A DNA stretch of 24,136 nucleotides from a virus. Lineage: Duplodnaviria > Caudoviricetes. The translations under genes were made by a program, and so were the position numbers. Positions 23,865 through 24,136 of this stretch are shown here, in pieces (position 1 is the first letter of the stretch; each line of letters opens with the position of its first letter). The notes below the pieces were generated by a model that had not been told where the DNA came from, did no database searches, and was given only the letters and a program-made list of their open reading frames with translations. The stretch spans positions 1 through 24,136 of the IMG/VR virus record IMGVR_UViG_3300047284_000209; one strand, given 5' to 3'.

Positions 23865-24026
23865 TTACTCCGCTTTCGGAGCTTCTTCCTGAGGCTGCAT
23901 CTGCGGCATAGCCTGCTGCTGCAGCTTCTGGATCAAGCCAGCGACAGCCTCGAACGGCTGCTTGGCGAGGGCGGCAATCAAAAGGTTGCCTTCTTCAACC
24001 GACACTTCAAATTTCAACGTGGACAT
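23865..24026 (-). CDS. Small phage hypothetical protein, 53 aa (not in track)
   Basis: SD TAGGAGGT; MSTLKFEVSVEEGNLLIAALAKQPFEAVAGLIQKLQQQAMPQMQPQEEAPKAE. Confidence 0.8.
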   Translation of the reverse strand: MSTLKFEVSVEEGNLLIAALAKQPFEAVAGLIQKLQQQAMPQMQPQEEAPKAE

Positions 24027-24044
24027 AACTACCTCCTAAGTAGT

Positions 24045-24136
24045 TCAAACTTGCCCGGATGCCCGAGCGATTGCTTCAGCCATAAGGGTATCACGCTGGT
24101 CTTCAGGCAGCTGAGCCAGCAATGCTTCGTATACAC
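24045..24136 (-). CDS. C-terminus of a hypothetical protein (5' end outside window)
   Basis: ...VYEALLAQLPEDQRDTLMAEAIARASGQV with TGA at 24047-24045, just upstream of the next SD. Confidence 0.6.
   Translation of the reverse strand, partial: VYEALLAQLPEDQRDTLMAEAIARASGQV

Overview
A 24 kb segment of a tailed dsDNA bacteriophage, probably podovirus-like with a proteobacterial host (inference). No integrase, CI repressor, rRNA, tRNA or CRISPR was seen. The left part (1-5495) is an early/replication region. A leftward operon holds a Cro/YdaS-like regulator, a ~300 bp hairpin-rich non-coding element, a short replication-initiator-like protein and a chain of translationally coupled small genes. 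A divergent rightward operon holds an SSB-like protein ending DDIPF, an HTH protein, a Cas4-like PD-(D/E)XK exonuclease, an NrdR-type Zn ribbon, DUF3310, an FDXHR Zn-finger and small membrane peptides. The right part (5514-24136) is a minus-strand virion operon: tail/stabilisation protein, tail fibre, putative chaperone, GNAT, two ejection-type proteins and a 2789-aa polyvalent protein (HExxH peptidase, glycosylase-like, GNAT-like, ART-like and LPD38-like domains). The most notable observation is that two inter-domain linkers of the giant gene each hide a same-strand, +1-frame nested ORF with its own Shine-Dalgarno site. One is a 58-aa basic MPLKKGKS...KQAVAIS protein (10991-11167); the other is an 88-aa protein ending RHAGLTPEKAQEVADAFGF (9359-9625). 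All family assignments come from motif recognition by eye, not database searches.
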